A stretch of DNA of 64,000 nucleotides from the NCBI GenBank assembly GCA_047459075.1, contig VSCH01000001.1, positions 21,645 through 85,644 on the forward strand, written 5' to 3'. This DNA is from Acidimicrobiia bacterium (GTDB lineage Bacteria > Actinomycetota > Acidimicrobiia > Acidimicrobiales > VFJN01). Shown piece by piece: positions 31,146-40,047 of the stretch; position 1 is the stretch's first letter; the number at the start of each line of letters is the position of its first letter. A model generated the notes under the pieces. That model saw only the letters and a list, made by a program, of their open reading frames with translations. It did no database searches and was not told the origin of the DNA. The translations under genes were made by a program, and so were the position numbers.

Positions 31146-31692
31146 GCTCGCGCTCCGCGTCCACCCCGTCCCGGACGAGCACGGCGCGGGCCTGGCTCAC
31201 GAGCACCCGCACCGTGGCCGGGCGGATGCGCATGATGCGGGCCGCGTCCTCCGCGCTGCAGTCGAGCAGCTGGGTGAGCACGACGGCCTCCCGCTGGCGG
31301 GGGCTGAGCTGGGCCAGCACCCGGTCGACGTGGTCGCGGTCGGCGGCCACGTCGGCCGGCTCGGGCGCCGAGGCGGTGGCGACGTGCGCCACGACCTCGA
31401 CGAGCCGGCGGGCGGCCCGCACGGCCCGGCGCGCCGCGCTGCGATGGGCGTTGAAGGCGGTGCGGAACAGGTAGCCCGACGGGTCGTCGAGCAGCGCCAC
31501 GTGGCCCCAGCGCTCCCACACCCGGCAGAAGGCCAGCTGGGCGAGGTCCTCCGCCTCCTGCCGGCTGCCGGTGAGCACGACCAGCGCGCGGAAGAGGCGC
31601 CGCTCGTTCGCGAGGTAGAACGCCTCGAACGACAGCGAGGTGGGGGCGCCGACCGCGATCGGCGCAGCGGAGGTGGGACGCTCCCGGGCCAC
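31135..31692 (-). CDS. ECF-type RNA polymerase sigma-70 family factor
   Basis: Region 2 (FEAFYLANERRLFRALVVLTGSRQEAEDLAQLAFCRVWERW) and region 4 HTH (LSPRQREAVVLTQLLDCSAEDAARIMRIRPATVRVL). Start set at GTG 31692. Confidence 0.8.
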   Translation of the reverse strand: MARERPTSAAPIAVGAPTSLSFEAFYLANERRLFRALVVLTGSRQEAEDLAQLAFCRVWERWGHVALLDDPSGYLFRTAFNAHRSAARRAVRAARRLVEVVAHVATASAPEPADVAADRDHVDRVLAQLSPRQREAVVLTQLLDCSAEDAARIMRIRPATVRVLVSQARAVLVRDGVDAERERER

Positions 31693-31798
31693 GGTTGCTG
31701 CCAACACTGCCCCAAGAACGCCGCGGCCGCACGTGGTGTTTAGGCGCGGGCCCGGATTTCTCCGGGCCGCCCGCCCGCGGCGGTCCGTCAGCGGCCGG

Positions 31799-32299
31799 TC
31801 AGCGCTTGGCCGTCGACTTCTTCGCCGTCTTGCGGGCGGTCGAGGCCTTCTTGGTCGCCGGGCGCTTGGCGGCGGGGCCCTTCGAGGTCGCCTTCTTCGA
31901 GGCGGCCTTCTTGGACGTCCGGCTCGACGACGCCTTGGTCGCCTTCTTGGCCGTCGACTTGGCGGTCGACGTGGACGCCGGGGCCGGCGGCCACACCCCA
32001 CGGGCGAGCTTCGGGGCGAGGCTCGTCTTCGCCACCGCGTCCTTGAAGGCCTTGAGCGGCGTGATGCGCGGCCGCTTGGTGGCCTTGATCCGCACCGGCT
32101 CCTGCGTCTGGGGGTTGCGACCCATGCGGGCGGGCCGGTCGACCTTGGCGAACTTGGCGAAGCCGGAGATCGAGACCGGCTCGCCCTTGGCGACGACAGC
32201 GGTCACGACGTCGGTGAAACCCTTGAGGACGGCGTCGACCTCCTTGCGGGCGACGCCGGTCTGGTTGGCCACGGCCTGGACGAGGTCTCGTCGGTTCAC
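31799..32299 (-). CDS. hup: HU/IHF-family nucleoid protein with Lys/Ala-rich C-terminal tail (HupB/HupS type)
   Basis: HU fold VNRRDLVQAVANQTGV...GFAKFAKVDRPARMGRNPQTQEPVRIKA, then a tail rich in AKK/KKA/TAKK repeats. GTG start is preceded by GAGGAGGAA. Confidence 0.85.
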   Translation of the reverse strand: MNRRDLVQAVANQTGVARKEVDAVLKGFTDVVTAVVAKGEPVSISGFAKFAKVDRPARMGRNPQTQEPVRIKATKRPRITPLKAFKDAVAKTSLAPKLARGVWPPAPASTSTAKSTAKKATKASSSRTSKKAASKKATSKGPAAKRPATKKASTARKTAKKSTAKR

Positions 32300-32371
32300 G
32301 GGCTTCCTCCTCGGCACGGGATCGTGCTCAGTTTCCTCAACGCGACCCGCTGTCTCGTGGATGCTCCCGGT

Positions 32372-32401
32372 ATTCTTACGAGTTTCCCCGTCCGGTGTCA
32401 C
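32372..32401 (-). promoter_or_regulatory. Candidate sigma-70-type promoter for hup
   Basis: Minus strand: GTGACA - 17 nt - TAAGAA(T), about 75 nt upstream of the GTG start. Confidence 0.35.
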
Positions 32402-32564
32402 CACCCTGTGCGCGCGAAGCCCTTGAAAATCCTGGCTTTTCGCCCGGCGGACCGTGACGGACGGTGCTCCCGTGGTCGGACGCGCGCCGATCGTCACGAG
32501 CTCTGGGGGCGCGATCGGCCCCGAGAACGCTGGGTTTTCGCGCCCTCCGGCGGGCCCGCCGCGG

Positions 32565-34244
32565 TCAGACGCTGGCGAGCCAGCGCTCGGCCTGCTGGGC
32601 GCGGCGCCGCAGCTGCTCGACCGTCGCCTCGTCGACCCGCCGGACGCCGACGAGGCGGTTGAGGCGCCCGTTGACCTGCGCGTGGGCGAGGCCGGTCGCC
32701 CAGACGATGTCCCGCACGAGCCGGGCGTTGCGCTCGCGCAGCTCCTCCCGCTCGCGCCGCGGGTCGCGCCCGTCGGCGCCGGCGCCGGCCGTCGTGCGGC
32801 CGGCCGTGCCGGGCAGGGGCGGCAGGTCGAGCTCGAGGGCGGCGTCGCCGTCGCCCTCCGCCTCGGCCGCGTCCAGGCGGTCGAGCCGGTCGAGGGTGGC
32901 GTCGTCGGCCTCGAACACCGACGAGGTGTCCTCGCCCGTCACCACCGCCGACAGCGCGGTGAACATCGAGAGCTGCTCGGCCCGGTCGTCCTCGTGGCGC
33001 AGCTCGTCGAGCGCGGCCTCGTCCGCCGGCTCCTCGCCGTCGCGCTCGTGCCGGCGCAGGCTGTGCCGGCGGGCGTCCGCGATCTGCGTGGCGTAGGTGC
33101 GCAGCCGGACGTCGTCGGGGATGAACAGGTAGGCCTTCTGGCGGGGGACGCCCGGGGTCCAGCGCACGAGGCGGCCGACCGCCTGGCGGAAGAAGAGCTC
33201 GGTCGTCGTCGTCGTGGCGTAGACGCCCACGCGCAGGCGGGGGATGTCGACGCCCTCCGACACCATGCGGACCGCCACGATCCACGGATCGGTCGAGGCG
33301 GCGAAGCGGGCGATGCGGCTGGAGGACAGCGGGTCGTCCGACACCGCGACGGTCGCCCGGACGCCGCAGCGGACCCGCAGCAGCTCGGCGATGCCGTGCG
33401 CGTGGTCCTGGTCGGCGGCGATCACCAGGCCGCCCGCCTCGGGGTGGGTGCGGCGCAGCGCCTGCAGCCGCTCGTTCGCCTGCACCAGCACCGTCGGCAG
33501 CCAGTCGCCCTCGAGGCTCAGCGCCGTGCGCAGCCGCTGCGCGGCCCGGGCCCGGTCGAGCGGGTCGTCGAAGGCGGCGGCCTGGGCGCTGCCGTCGGGG
33601 GCGATCCACTCCATGAACCCGTTGATGCGGGGGAAGTAGACGGGCCGCACGATCCGGCCGTCGGCGAGCGCGTCGGCGTAGCCGTACTCGAAGTCGGGCA
33701 CGGCCTCGTCCCCGACGTAGCGGACGAACGGGATGGCGAGCGTGTCCGACCGGAAGGGCGTGCCCGACAGGGCCAGGCGCCGGGGCGCCACCTCGAAGGC
33801 CCGCCGCACCGACTCGCCCCACGCCCGCTCGTCGCCCGCGTGGTGGATCTCGTCGAGGACGACCATCGACCGGGCGGCCAGCGGCCGGAGCGCGTCGGGG
33901 TTGGACGCCACCTGCTGGTAGGTGGTGACGATGCCGTGCACGTCCGCCGGCAGGCGGCCCCCGCTCGGCGACCAGCGGGGCTCGAGGTGGAGGCCGAAGC
34001 GGGCGGCGGCGTCCGCCCACTGGACCTTGAGGTGCGAGGTCGGCGCCACGACGACGAGGCGGCGGCCCGGGTTCCGGGCCAGGTCCCGCACGGCGGCGCA
34101 GAGCGCGAAGGTCGTCTTGCCGGCACCGGGGGTCGCGACGGCCAGGAAGTCGGGCGGGTCGGTGGCCTCGAGCCGGTCGAGCGCGCGCTTCTGCCAGGGT
34201 CGGAGACGGATCTTCCGTGCCATGGGGGACGGGAATCTTGGCAC
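32565..34244 (-). CDS. Superfamily-2 DEAD/DEAH-box helicase (ResIII-type N-domain; possibly SftH-like)
   Basis: Motif I ATPGAGKT, motif II VLDEIHHAG, motif III SGTP, helicase-C region (VRMVSEGVDIPRL), and an acidic linker plus a conserved C-terminal helix. An alternative ATG lies at 34223. Confidence 0.8.
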   Translation of the reverse strand: MPRFPSPMARKIRLRPWQKRALDRLEATDPPDFLAVATPGAGKTTFALCAAVRDLARNPGRRLVVVAPTSHLKVQWADAAARFGLHLEPRWSPSGGRLPADVHGIVTTYQQVASNPDALRPLAARSMVVLDEIHHAGDERAWGESVRRAFEVAPRRLALSGTPFRSDTLAIPFVRYVGDEAVPDFEYGYADALADGRIVRPVYFPRINGFMEWIAPDGSAQAAAFDDPLDRARAAQRLRTALSLEGDWLPTVLVQANERLQALRRTHPEAGGLVIAADQDHAHGIAELLRVRCGVRATVAVSDDPLSSSRIARFAASTDPWIVAVRMVSEGVDIPRLRVGVYATTTTTELFFRQAVGRLVRWTPGVPRQKAYLFIPDDVRLRTYATQIADARRHSLRRHERDGEEPADEAALDELRHEDDRAEQLSMFTALSAVVTGEDTSSVFEADDATLDRLDRLDAAEAEGDGDAALELDLPPLPGTAGRTTAGAGADGRDPRREREELRERNARLVRDIVWATGLAHAQVNGRLNRLVGVRRVDEATVEQLRRRAQQAERWLASV

Positions 34245-34330
34245 GCCGCGAAGCGCCGCCAGGCGGCCGCGAACGGCCCGGTGGGCCCCGGCGCGCGCCC
34301 CGGCCGGCGCCTCGGGCAGGATGGTCGGCC

Positions 34331-34726
34331 GTGGCCCAGCACGAGATCGACCCCGAACGCCTGCCGTACGCGCCCGAGCGCCTGGAGCGCAAGCCGGACG
34401 TCGGCGCCGACCACTTCTTCGCCCTCGACCTGCGCGCCGGCCGGGTGACCGCCGTCGAGCCCTTCCCCGAGGCCCGCAAGCCGGCCTGGAAGCTGACCGT
34501 CGACTTCGGCCCCGTCGTCGGCACCCTGCGCACCAGCGCGCAGGTCACCAACTACTCGGCCGAGGAGCTGGTCGGGCGCATGGTCGTCGGGGCCGTCAAC
34601 CTCGGCCCCAAGCGCATCGCCGGGTTCACGAGCGAGTTCCTCGTGCTCGGCGCGCTCGACCCGGACGGCACGGTGCGGCTGCTGGAGCTGCCCGAGGGCG
34701 TGCAGGAGGGCGCGCCGATCGCCTGA
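34331..34726 (+). CDS. tRNA-binding (EMAP/CsaA-like OB-fold) protein
   Basis: FFALDLRAGRVTAVEPFPEARKPAWKLTVDFG...VTNYSAEELVGRMVVGAVNLGPKRIAGFTSEFLVLG. GTG start. Confidence 0.8.
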   Translation: MAQHEIDPERLPYAPERLERKPDVGADHFFALDLRAGRVTAVEPFPEARKPAWKLTVDFGPVVGTLRTSAQVTNYSAEELVGRMVVGAVNLGPKRIAGFTSEFLVLGALDPDGTVRLLELPEGVQEGAPIA

Positions 34727-34748
34727 CGGCCCGGCGGCCCGGCGGCGC

Positions 34749-37193
34749 TCAGTCGAACACCGCGGTCGAGACCCGGACGGGGCGCAGCCGTTGGACGGCC
34801 GCGCTCGTGGCGGCGGCGGCCGCCGCCAGCGCGACCGGCAGCGCCACGGCCACGAGCCCGACGGTGCGCCAGGGCACGACCAGCTCCATCGTCCCGTCGT
34901 GCACCGCCACGTACACGGCGACCGGCAGCAGCCCGAACGGCACGGCCATCACCGCGCCCAGGCCGGCGAGCAGCCAGGCCCGGGCCCCGGCCGCCCGGGC
35001 CAGCGCGCCGGGCCCGGCGCCCACGACGGTGAGGACGTCGCGCTCGTCGCGGGCGTCGGCGGCCGCCAGGGCGAGGCCGGCGGCGACGACGAGGCCGGCC
35101 ACGACCAGGGCGACGGTGGAGAGGAGCACCTCGATCTGCGCGGGCGTCGGGCCGGTCGGCGCCTCGTGCACCCAGACGTCCAGCCACGCCGGCGACATGG
35201 CGTGCTCGAACTGCCAGTCCTCGGCCAGCGCCCGGACGTCGTCGACCTGGTCGTCGGTCAGGGCCGTGCCGGCCACGAGCGCGAGCGCCGCGGGCACCGG
35301 CTCGAGGCCCAGGTCGCCGGCGAGCTCGGGGCTGACGAGGACCGGCCAGTGCGGGCCGGCCGAGTGCGCCGCGTCGGCGACGACGAGGGGGCGCTCCGAG
35401 CCGTCGGGCAGCACGACCGACGGCTCGCCGGCCAGCGGCCGCAGGGCCACGAGCCCGTGCTCGTCGAGCGCCGAGGTCACGGCGTCACCGAGGTCGAGCG
35501 CCGCCACCGTCGCGTCGTCGGCGATCAGCGGCACCCGGCCGCCCGGCCAGTCGCCCGGCTCGCCGGCGGCGTGCAGGGTGAGCGCCTCGGCCCCCGGCAG
35601 CAGGCCGGCGAGCGCCGCGGCGACGTCGTCGTCCGGCGGCCGGTGCGCGTCGGCGGACCCGGCGTCGCCCGCCAGGTCGCGGACACCGGCGAGCACGACC
35701 CGATCCGACAGGTCGGGGAAGCGGGCCCGGCTCGCCTCGCCGCCGGCGACGAGCGCCGAGACGGTGACGGCCAGGCCCAGCGCCGCGGCCACCGCGCTGA
35801 CGACCGCGCCGGTGCGCACCCGCTCCCGCGCCAACCCGCGTGCGGCCAGGCGCCAGGTCCCCCGGGCGCGGCCGGCCAGCGGTTCGAGGCGGGCGACGAG
35901 CGCCGGGCTGAGGGCGCAGGCCCCGAGGAGCTGGAGGACGCCGCCGACCACGCCGACGAGCGCCCACAGCTCGGTCGAGCCCGAGCCCGCCCGGGCGGTG
36001 GCGCTGTTGCCGGCGACCGCGATCCCGAGCAGGGCCAGGCCGACGGCCACCGCGCCGGCGCCCGCGGCCATGACGCGGCGGCGGACCGGCGGCAGCGGTC
36101 GCCGCCCGGCCAGCGCCGCCAGCGTGGGGACGCGGGCCACGCTCCGGGCCGGGACGAGAGCCGCCAGGCTGGCCGCCACGACCCCGACGCCGGCCGCGAC
36201 GGCGACCTGCAGCGGGTCGACGTCGTAGGGGCCGAGGCGGCGGCCGAGCAGGTGCTCGATGCGGTCGCGGCTCGTGGCCAGCACGGCCGCGCCCAGGGCG
36301 ACGCCGGCCAGCGCCCCGACGAGGCCGGTGACCGTGCCCTGGAGCACGAGGGTCGTGCGCAGGAGCCGCTCGGGGGCCCCGTTGGCCGAGAGCTGGCCGA
36401 GGGTGACGAGCTGGCGGCGGGCGCCGGCCGCGAACGCCGCCGAGACGACGATCCCGGCGACGGTGAGGGCCACGCCGCCGAGCACGTAGGGCCACGGCAC
36501 CGCGGGGCCGCCTGCCGCCGGCTGGTCGGTGACGTCGCGGCGCAGCAGCAGGCCGGTCGCGCCGGCCGGCGCGCCGTCGGGCAGGTCGACGAGCCCGGTC
36601 CAGGCGGTCGGGCGCCGGTGGGTGGCGGCGAGGTCGCCGCCGGGGGGCGTGACGGCGAGCGGCCGGGCCAGGGCCTGCGGGTCCTCGACGAGGCCGACCA
36701 CGGCGAGGTCGACCTCGGCGGGCCGGCGGACCTCGAGGCGGTCGCCCACGCCGAGGTCGAGCTCGGCGGCCAGGGCCGGGGACACGGCGACCTCGTGGGG
36801 GGCGGCGGGGAACCGGCCGGCCACGAGGTCGACCATCCCGTCGGTCAACGGGTCGGCCGCGTCGAGCTCCCACACGACGAGGTCCACCGCCTCACCGCCG
36901 GCCGTGCGCAGGTGGGCCCAGCCCCACCGGTGGAGGACGACCCGCGCGCCGTCCGGCAGCTCCTCCGCCACGCTCGCCGCGCCCCCCTCGACGCTCGGGA
37001 GCACGGCGTCGGCGGCGCCGTGGTCGAGCCGCCACCGCTCGGCCGGCGTGCGGCGGTCGGTCTCGAACAGGACCAGGGCGACGACCATCCCGGCGACGGG
37101 CAGGGCGACGAGCAGGGTGACGAGCAGCGTCCGCCCGGGGCGGCGCCGCACCTCCCGCCGGGCGAGGCGGAAGGCGAGGGCGAGCCCGCTCAC
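34749..37193 (-). CDS. ABC transporter permease, double FtsX-domain (MacB/YbbP-like)
   Basis: About 814 aa with two FtsX-type 4-TM bundles separated by large extracytoplasmic domains. The GTG start overlaps the ATPase stop (GTGA). Confidence 0.8.
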   Translation of the reverse strand: MSGLALAFRLARREVRRRPGRTLLVTLLVALPVAGMVVALVLFETDRRTPAERWRLDHGAADAVLPSVEGGAASVAEELPDGARVVLHRWGWAHLRTAGGEAVDLVVWELDAADPLTDGMVDLVAGRFPAAPHEVAVSPALAAELDLGVGDRLEVRRPAEVDLAVVGLVEDPQALARPLAVTPPGGDLAATHRRPTAWTGLVDLPDGAPAGATGLLLRRDVTDQPAAGGPAVPWPYVLGGVALTVAGIVVSAAFAAGARRQLVTLGQLSANGAPERLLRTTLVLQGTVTGLVGALAGVALGAAVLATSRDRIEHLLGRRLGPYDVDPLQVAVAAGVGVVAASLAALVPARSVARVPTLAALAGRRPLPPVRRRVMAAGAGAVAVGLALLGIAVAGNSATARAGSGSTELWALVGVVGGVLQLLGACALSPALVARLEPLAGRARGTWRLAARGLARERVRTGAVVSAVAAALGLAVTVSALVAGGEASRARFPDLSDRVVLAGVRDLAGDAGSADAHRPPDDDVAAALAGLLPGAEALTLHAAGEPGDWPGGRVPLIADDATVAALDLGDAVTSALDEHGLVALRPLAGEPSVVLPDGSERPLVVADAAHSAGPHWPVLVSPELAGDLGLEPVPAALALVAGTALTDDQVDDVRALAEDWQFEHAMSPAWLDVWVHEAPTGPTPAQIEVLLSTVALVVAGLVVAAGLALAAADARDERDVLTVVGAGPGALARAAGARAWLLAGLGAVMAVPFGLLPVAVYVAVHDGTMELVVPWRTVGLVAVALPVALAAAAAATSAAVQRLRPVRVSTAVFD

Positions 37194-37948
37194 GGCGCCG
37201 ACCCCACGGCCGTGCCCACGGGCGGCGCGCCGGCGTCGGCCTCGTCGACGACGCGCCCGTCGCGCAGGAACACGACCCGGTCGGCCCACGAGGCGTAGCG
37301 GGGCTCGTGGGTCACGAGGACGACGGCGGTGCCCCGCCGCGCGGGGAGCTCGGCGAGCAGCTCGACGACCTGGTCGCCGGTGAGGGTGTCCAGGGCGCCG
37401 GTCGGCTCGTCGGCGAGGATCAGGCGGCGCTCGCCGACCAGGGCCCGGGCCACCGCGATGCGCTGCTGCTGGCCACCGGAGAAGTCGTCGGGGTAGCGGT
37501 CGAGCTGCTCGGTGAGGCCGACGGCGGCGAGCGCCTCGCGGGCCCGGTCGCGGCTCTCCCGCCGGCCGACGCCCTCCAGCTCGAGCGGCAGCATGACGTT
37601 CTCGAGCGCGGTCAGCGAGGGCACGAGGTTGAGGCGCTGGAACACGTAGCCGACCTCGGTGCGACGCAGCGAGGCCCGCTCGGCCGCGGTCATGGCCGGC
37701 ACGTCGAGCCCGTCCACCCGGATCGCACCCGCCGTCGGGTCCTCCAGCCCGCCGGCGAGGTGCAGCAGGGTCGACTTGCCGCAGCCCGAGGGGCCCATGA
37801 CCGCCACCAGCTCGCCGCGGCCGACGGTCAGCGACACGTCGGTCAGCGCCCGGACCTCGGTGGGGCCGCGGCCGTAGACCTTCGTGACGGCGACCATCTC
37901 GAGGGCCGGCGACCGGGTCCGGTCCCGGGTGGCGCAGGGGTCGGTCAT
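37190..37948 (-). CDS. ABC transporter ATP-binding protein (MacB/LolD-type)
   Basis: Walker [11 protein letters not shown]-loop, signature FSGGQQQR, Walker [13 protein letters not shown]. The ATG overlaps the padR stop (ATGA). Confidence 0.9.
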   Translation of the reverse strand: MTDPCATRDRTRSPALEMVAVTKVYGRGPTEVRALTDVSLTVGRGELVAVMGPSGCGKSTLLHLAGGLEDPTAGAIRVDGLDVPAMTAAERASLRRTEVGYVFQRLNLVPSLTALENVMLPLELEGVGRRESRDRAREALAAVGLTEQLDRYPDDFSGGQQQRIAVARALVGERRLILADEPTGALDTLTGDQVVELLAELPARRGTAVVLVTHEPRYASWADRVVFLRDGRVVDEADAGAPPVGTAVGSAP

Positions 37949-38487
37949 GGGGAGCCTCCGTTGCTCGGGGCGCGCCCCTGCCGGGCGCGCAGGATCCGCG
38001 ACTCGCACAGGTCGAGCCACCGCAGGTCGGCCTCGGCCCGGACCACGAGGGCGTCCGTGACGAGCTGCGCCGAGAGCGACGCGTCGCCGGCCGCCTCCCG
38101 CTGGGCCCGCCGGTGCCGCTGCAGCGCCCGGGTGAGGGCGGTGCGCTGGCGGGTGATGACGTCGAGCGCGTGCTCCGGCCCCTGCTCGACGGCGAGCAGG
38201 ACCTTGAGCTGGAGCTCGTCCCGCGGCGGCGGGTCGTCGGCCGGCGTCGCCCGCCACCACGCCCCCAGCGCGTCCCGCCCGCTGTCGGTGAGCGCGTAGC
38301 GCTTCTGCTCGCCGGTGTCGTCGACGGCGACGAGGCCGTCGCGGTGCAGGCGGTCGAGCGTCGAGTACACCTGGCCGACGTTGAGCCGCCACACCCCGCC
38401 GGTCGCCGCCTCGAAGGCGGTCTTGAGCTGGTAGCCGTGCCGCGGCTCGTCCACCAGCAGGGCCATCAGGCCCTCGCGCACTGCCAT
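37945..38487 (-). CDS. PadR-family transcriptional regulator
   Basis: Winged [47 protein letters not shown] plus a C-terminal dimerisation domain. ATG 38487; an in-frame GTG lies at 38493. Confidence 0.85.
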   Translation of the reverse strand: MAVREGLMALLVDEPRHGYQLKTAFEAATGGVWRLNVGQVYSTLDRLHRDGLVAVDDTGEQKRYALTDSGRDALGAWWRATPADDPPPRDELQLKVLLAVEQGPEHALDVITRQRTALTRALQRHRRAQREAAGDASLSAQLVTDALVVRAEADLRWLDLCESRILRARQGRAPSNGGSP

Positions 38488-38491
38488 GGTC

Positions 38492-38517
38492 ACTCAGTAT
38501 GCATACTCAGTATGCAT
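38492..38517. promoter_or_regulatory. Tandem 13-bp repeat / 12-bp palindrome; candidate PadR operator overlapping the padR promoter
   Basis: ACTCAGTATGCAT x2, perfect. The junction forms the palindrome AGTATGCATACT (38496-38507). This is an AT-rich island in GC-rich DNA, 5 nt from the padR ATG. Confidence 0.5.
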
Positions 38518-38584
38518 CGAACAAGCTGGCGGATCGCCGTCGCCGCACGACACCGCGTCACGGCGACCGCGTACCGTTCCGGGC

Positions 38585-39982
38585 GTGGGACAGGACGGGC
38601 GGGCAGGAGAGGGCTCCGGCGCGGCGGTGCCGTCCGGCGGCACGCCGCCTCCGACCGCGTCGCTGGCCGCACCCGACCCATCGCTGCCGCCCGGGCCGCC
38701 GCCCCCGCCACCGGCACCGGGGCCGCGTGGGTCCCGGCACTCGATCGTGGCCGTGCTCGCCGGCATCGCCATCGCGCTGCTCGGCCTGTCCGGCGGCCTG
38801 GCCGTGGCCCTGGTGTCGGACCGGGACGAGGACCGCGAGCGGCTCGCCGCACCCGCGCGCACCCCCACGACCGCGGCCGGCGCCGACGGGCCGCTCACCG
38901 ACGCCGAGCTGGTCGAGCGGTTCGGCGACGCGGTGTGGCGCGTCGAGGTCGAGGGCTGCGGCGTCACCGGCACCGGGTCGGCCTTCGCGATCGACGAGCA
39001 CCACCTGGTCACCAACGCCCACGTGGTCGGCGTCGACCCCCACCCCCGGCTCGTGTCCCGCGACGGCGAGGTGGCCGAGGGCCGGGTCGTCGGCATGACC
39101 CGCGACCCCGACGTGGCCGTGATCGCCGTCGACCGGACGCTGGCCCCGGTGCTGGCCTGGAGCGACGTCGACGCGTTGGCCCACGGCGACCACATCATCG
39201 GGCTCGGCTACCCGACGCCCGGCGACTTCGCCGCCACCCCCGGCACCGTCGTCAGCTTCCGGACCGAGGGCGGGGAGCGGGTCGCCATCCGGACCGACGC
39301 CGCCCTCGACGTCGGCAACAGCGGGGGCCCGGCGCTCGACCAGCACGGCCGCGTCGTCGGCATCGTGACCCAGATGGACGAGGAGGCCGAGGGCTTCCGG
39401 TGGGTGCCGCTCGTCTTCACACCGCACGCCGTGCGCGACGTCGTCGACGACCTCCGACGCTCGACGACGACCGTCGAGCCCGACTGCTGGTGGGCCGAGG
39501 CCGTGGTGCCGCCGCCGGGGTGGGAGGTCCCCGACTGGGAGGTCCCCGACTGGGAGCTGCCGGAGTGGGACGAGCACGCCTGGCCCGAGCTGCCACCGCC
39601 GCCGGAGCCCGAGCTGCCGGAGCCACCGCCGGCGGCGCCCGTGCCCTGCCCCACCGGCGCACCGAGCGCGACCGTGACCGAGGTCGTCGCGACCCGGTGG
39701 GACCCGGAGCTCCTGCCCGAGTGGTGGGACGTGACGGTACGGGGGCAGGTGACCAACGGAGCCAGCGCCGACATCGACGTGTGGGGTGTCGACGTCACCG
39801 TCGTCGGCGACGGCAGCGAGGTCGCCTACGGCATCACCGACGTCCTGACGGTGGCCCCCGGGGGCTCGGCGACGTTCGAGGCGTACGCGTCGGTCGCCTC
39901 GGCCACCCGGCCCTCCACCGGCGAGGTCAGCGTCCAGTGGGACTGGTCGAGCTGGGAGCACGTCGGCTGCCCGAGGGGCTGA
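38585..39982 (+). CDS. Membrane-anchored trypsin-like serine protease (S1/HtrA-like, no PDZ) with unassigned C-terminal domain
   Basis: Pro-rich N-terminus, a TM helix ([24 protein letters not shown]), and the catalytic triad LVTNAHVV / DVAVIAV / GNSGGPAL. The start is uncertain: in-frame GTGs at 38585 and 38627, and the ORF-track ATG at 38486. Confidence 0.7.
   Translation: MGQDGRAGEGSGAAVPSGGTPPPTASLAAPDPSLPPGPPPPPPAPGPRGSRHSIVAVLAGIAIALLGLSGGLAVALVSDRDEDRERLAAPARTPTTAAGADGPLTDAELVERFGDAVWRVEVEGCGVTGTGSAFAIDEHHLVTNAHVVGVDPHPRLVSRDGEVAEGRVVGMTRDPDVAVIAVDRTLAPVLAWSDVDALAHGDHIIGLGYPTPGDFAATPGTVVSFRTEGGERVAIRTDAALDVGNSGGPALDQHGRVVGIVTQMDEEAEGFRWVPLVFTPHAVRDVVDDLRRSTTTVEPDCWWAEAVVPPPGWEVPDWEVPDWELPEWDEHAWPELPPPPEPELPEPPPAAPVPCPTGAPSATVTEVVATRWDPELLPEWWDVTVRGQVTNGASADIDVWGVDVTVVGDGSEVAYGITDVLTVAPGGSATFEAYASVASATRPSTGEVSVQWDWSSWEHVGCPRG
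39521..39565 (+). repeat. 15-bp in-frame tandem repeat (x2 perfect, plus 1 degenerate)
   Basis: TGGGAGGTCCCCGAC x2, then TGGGAGCTGCCGGAG. It encodes [15 protein letters not shown] inside the protease linker. Confidence 0.8.
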
Positions 39983-40047
39983 GGCCCGGGGCCCGCACCG
40001 GCCCCCGGGTTGGCGTCCGCCCAGGTCAGCGCCCCTACGATGCAGCG

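Noticed and set aside
31693-32001. Arg/Pro-rich 100-aa N-terminal extension of the ECF sigma ORF.
   Set aside because: It overlaps the HU tail-coding repeat on the same strand in another frame. ECF sigmas are ~170-200 aa, and GTG 31692 gives a normal region-2 N-terminus.
38486-38584. ATG 38486 as the start of the S1 protease. It would overlap the padR start codon head-to-head inside CCATGG.
   Set aside because: That start would leave no intergenic space for either promoter and would put the operator repeats inside the coding sequence. In-frame GTGs at 38585 and 38627 are more plausible. Still unresolved without TSS or N-terminal data.
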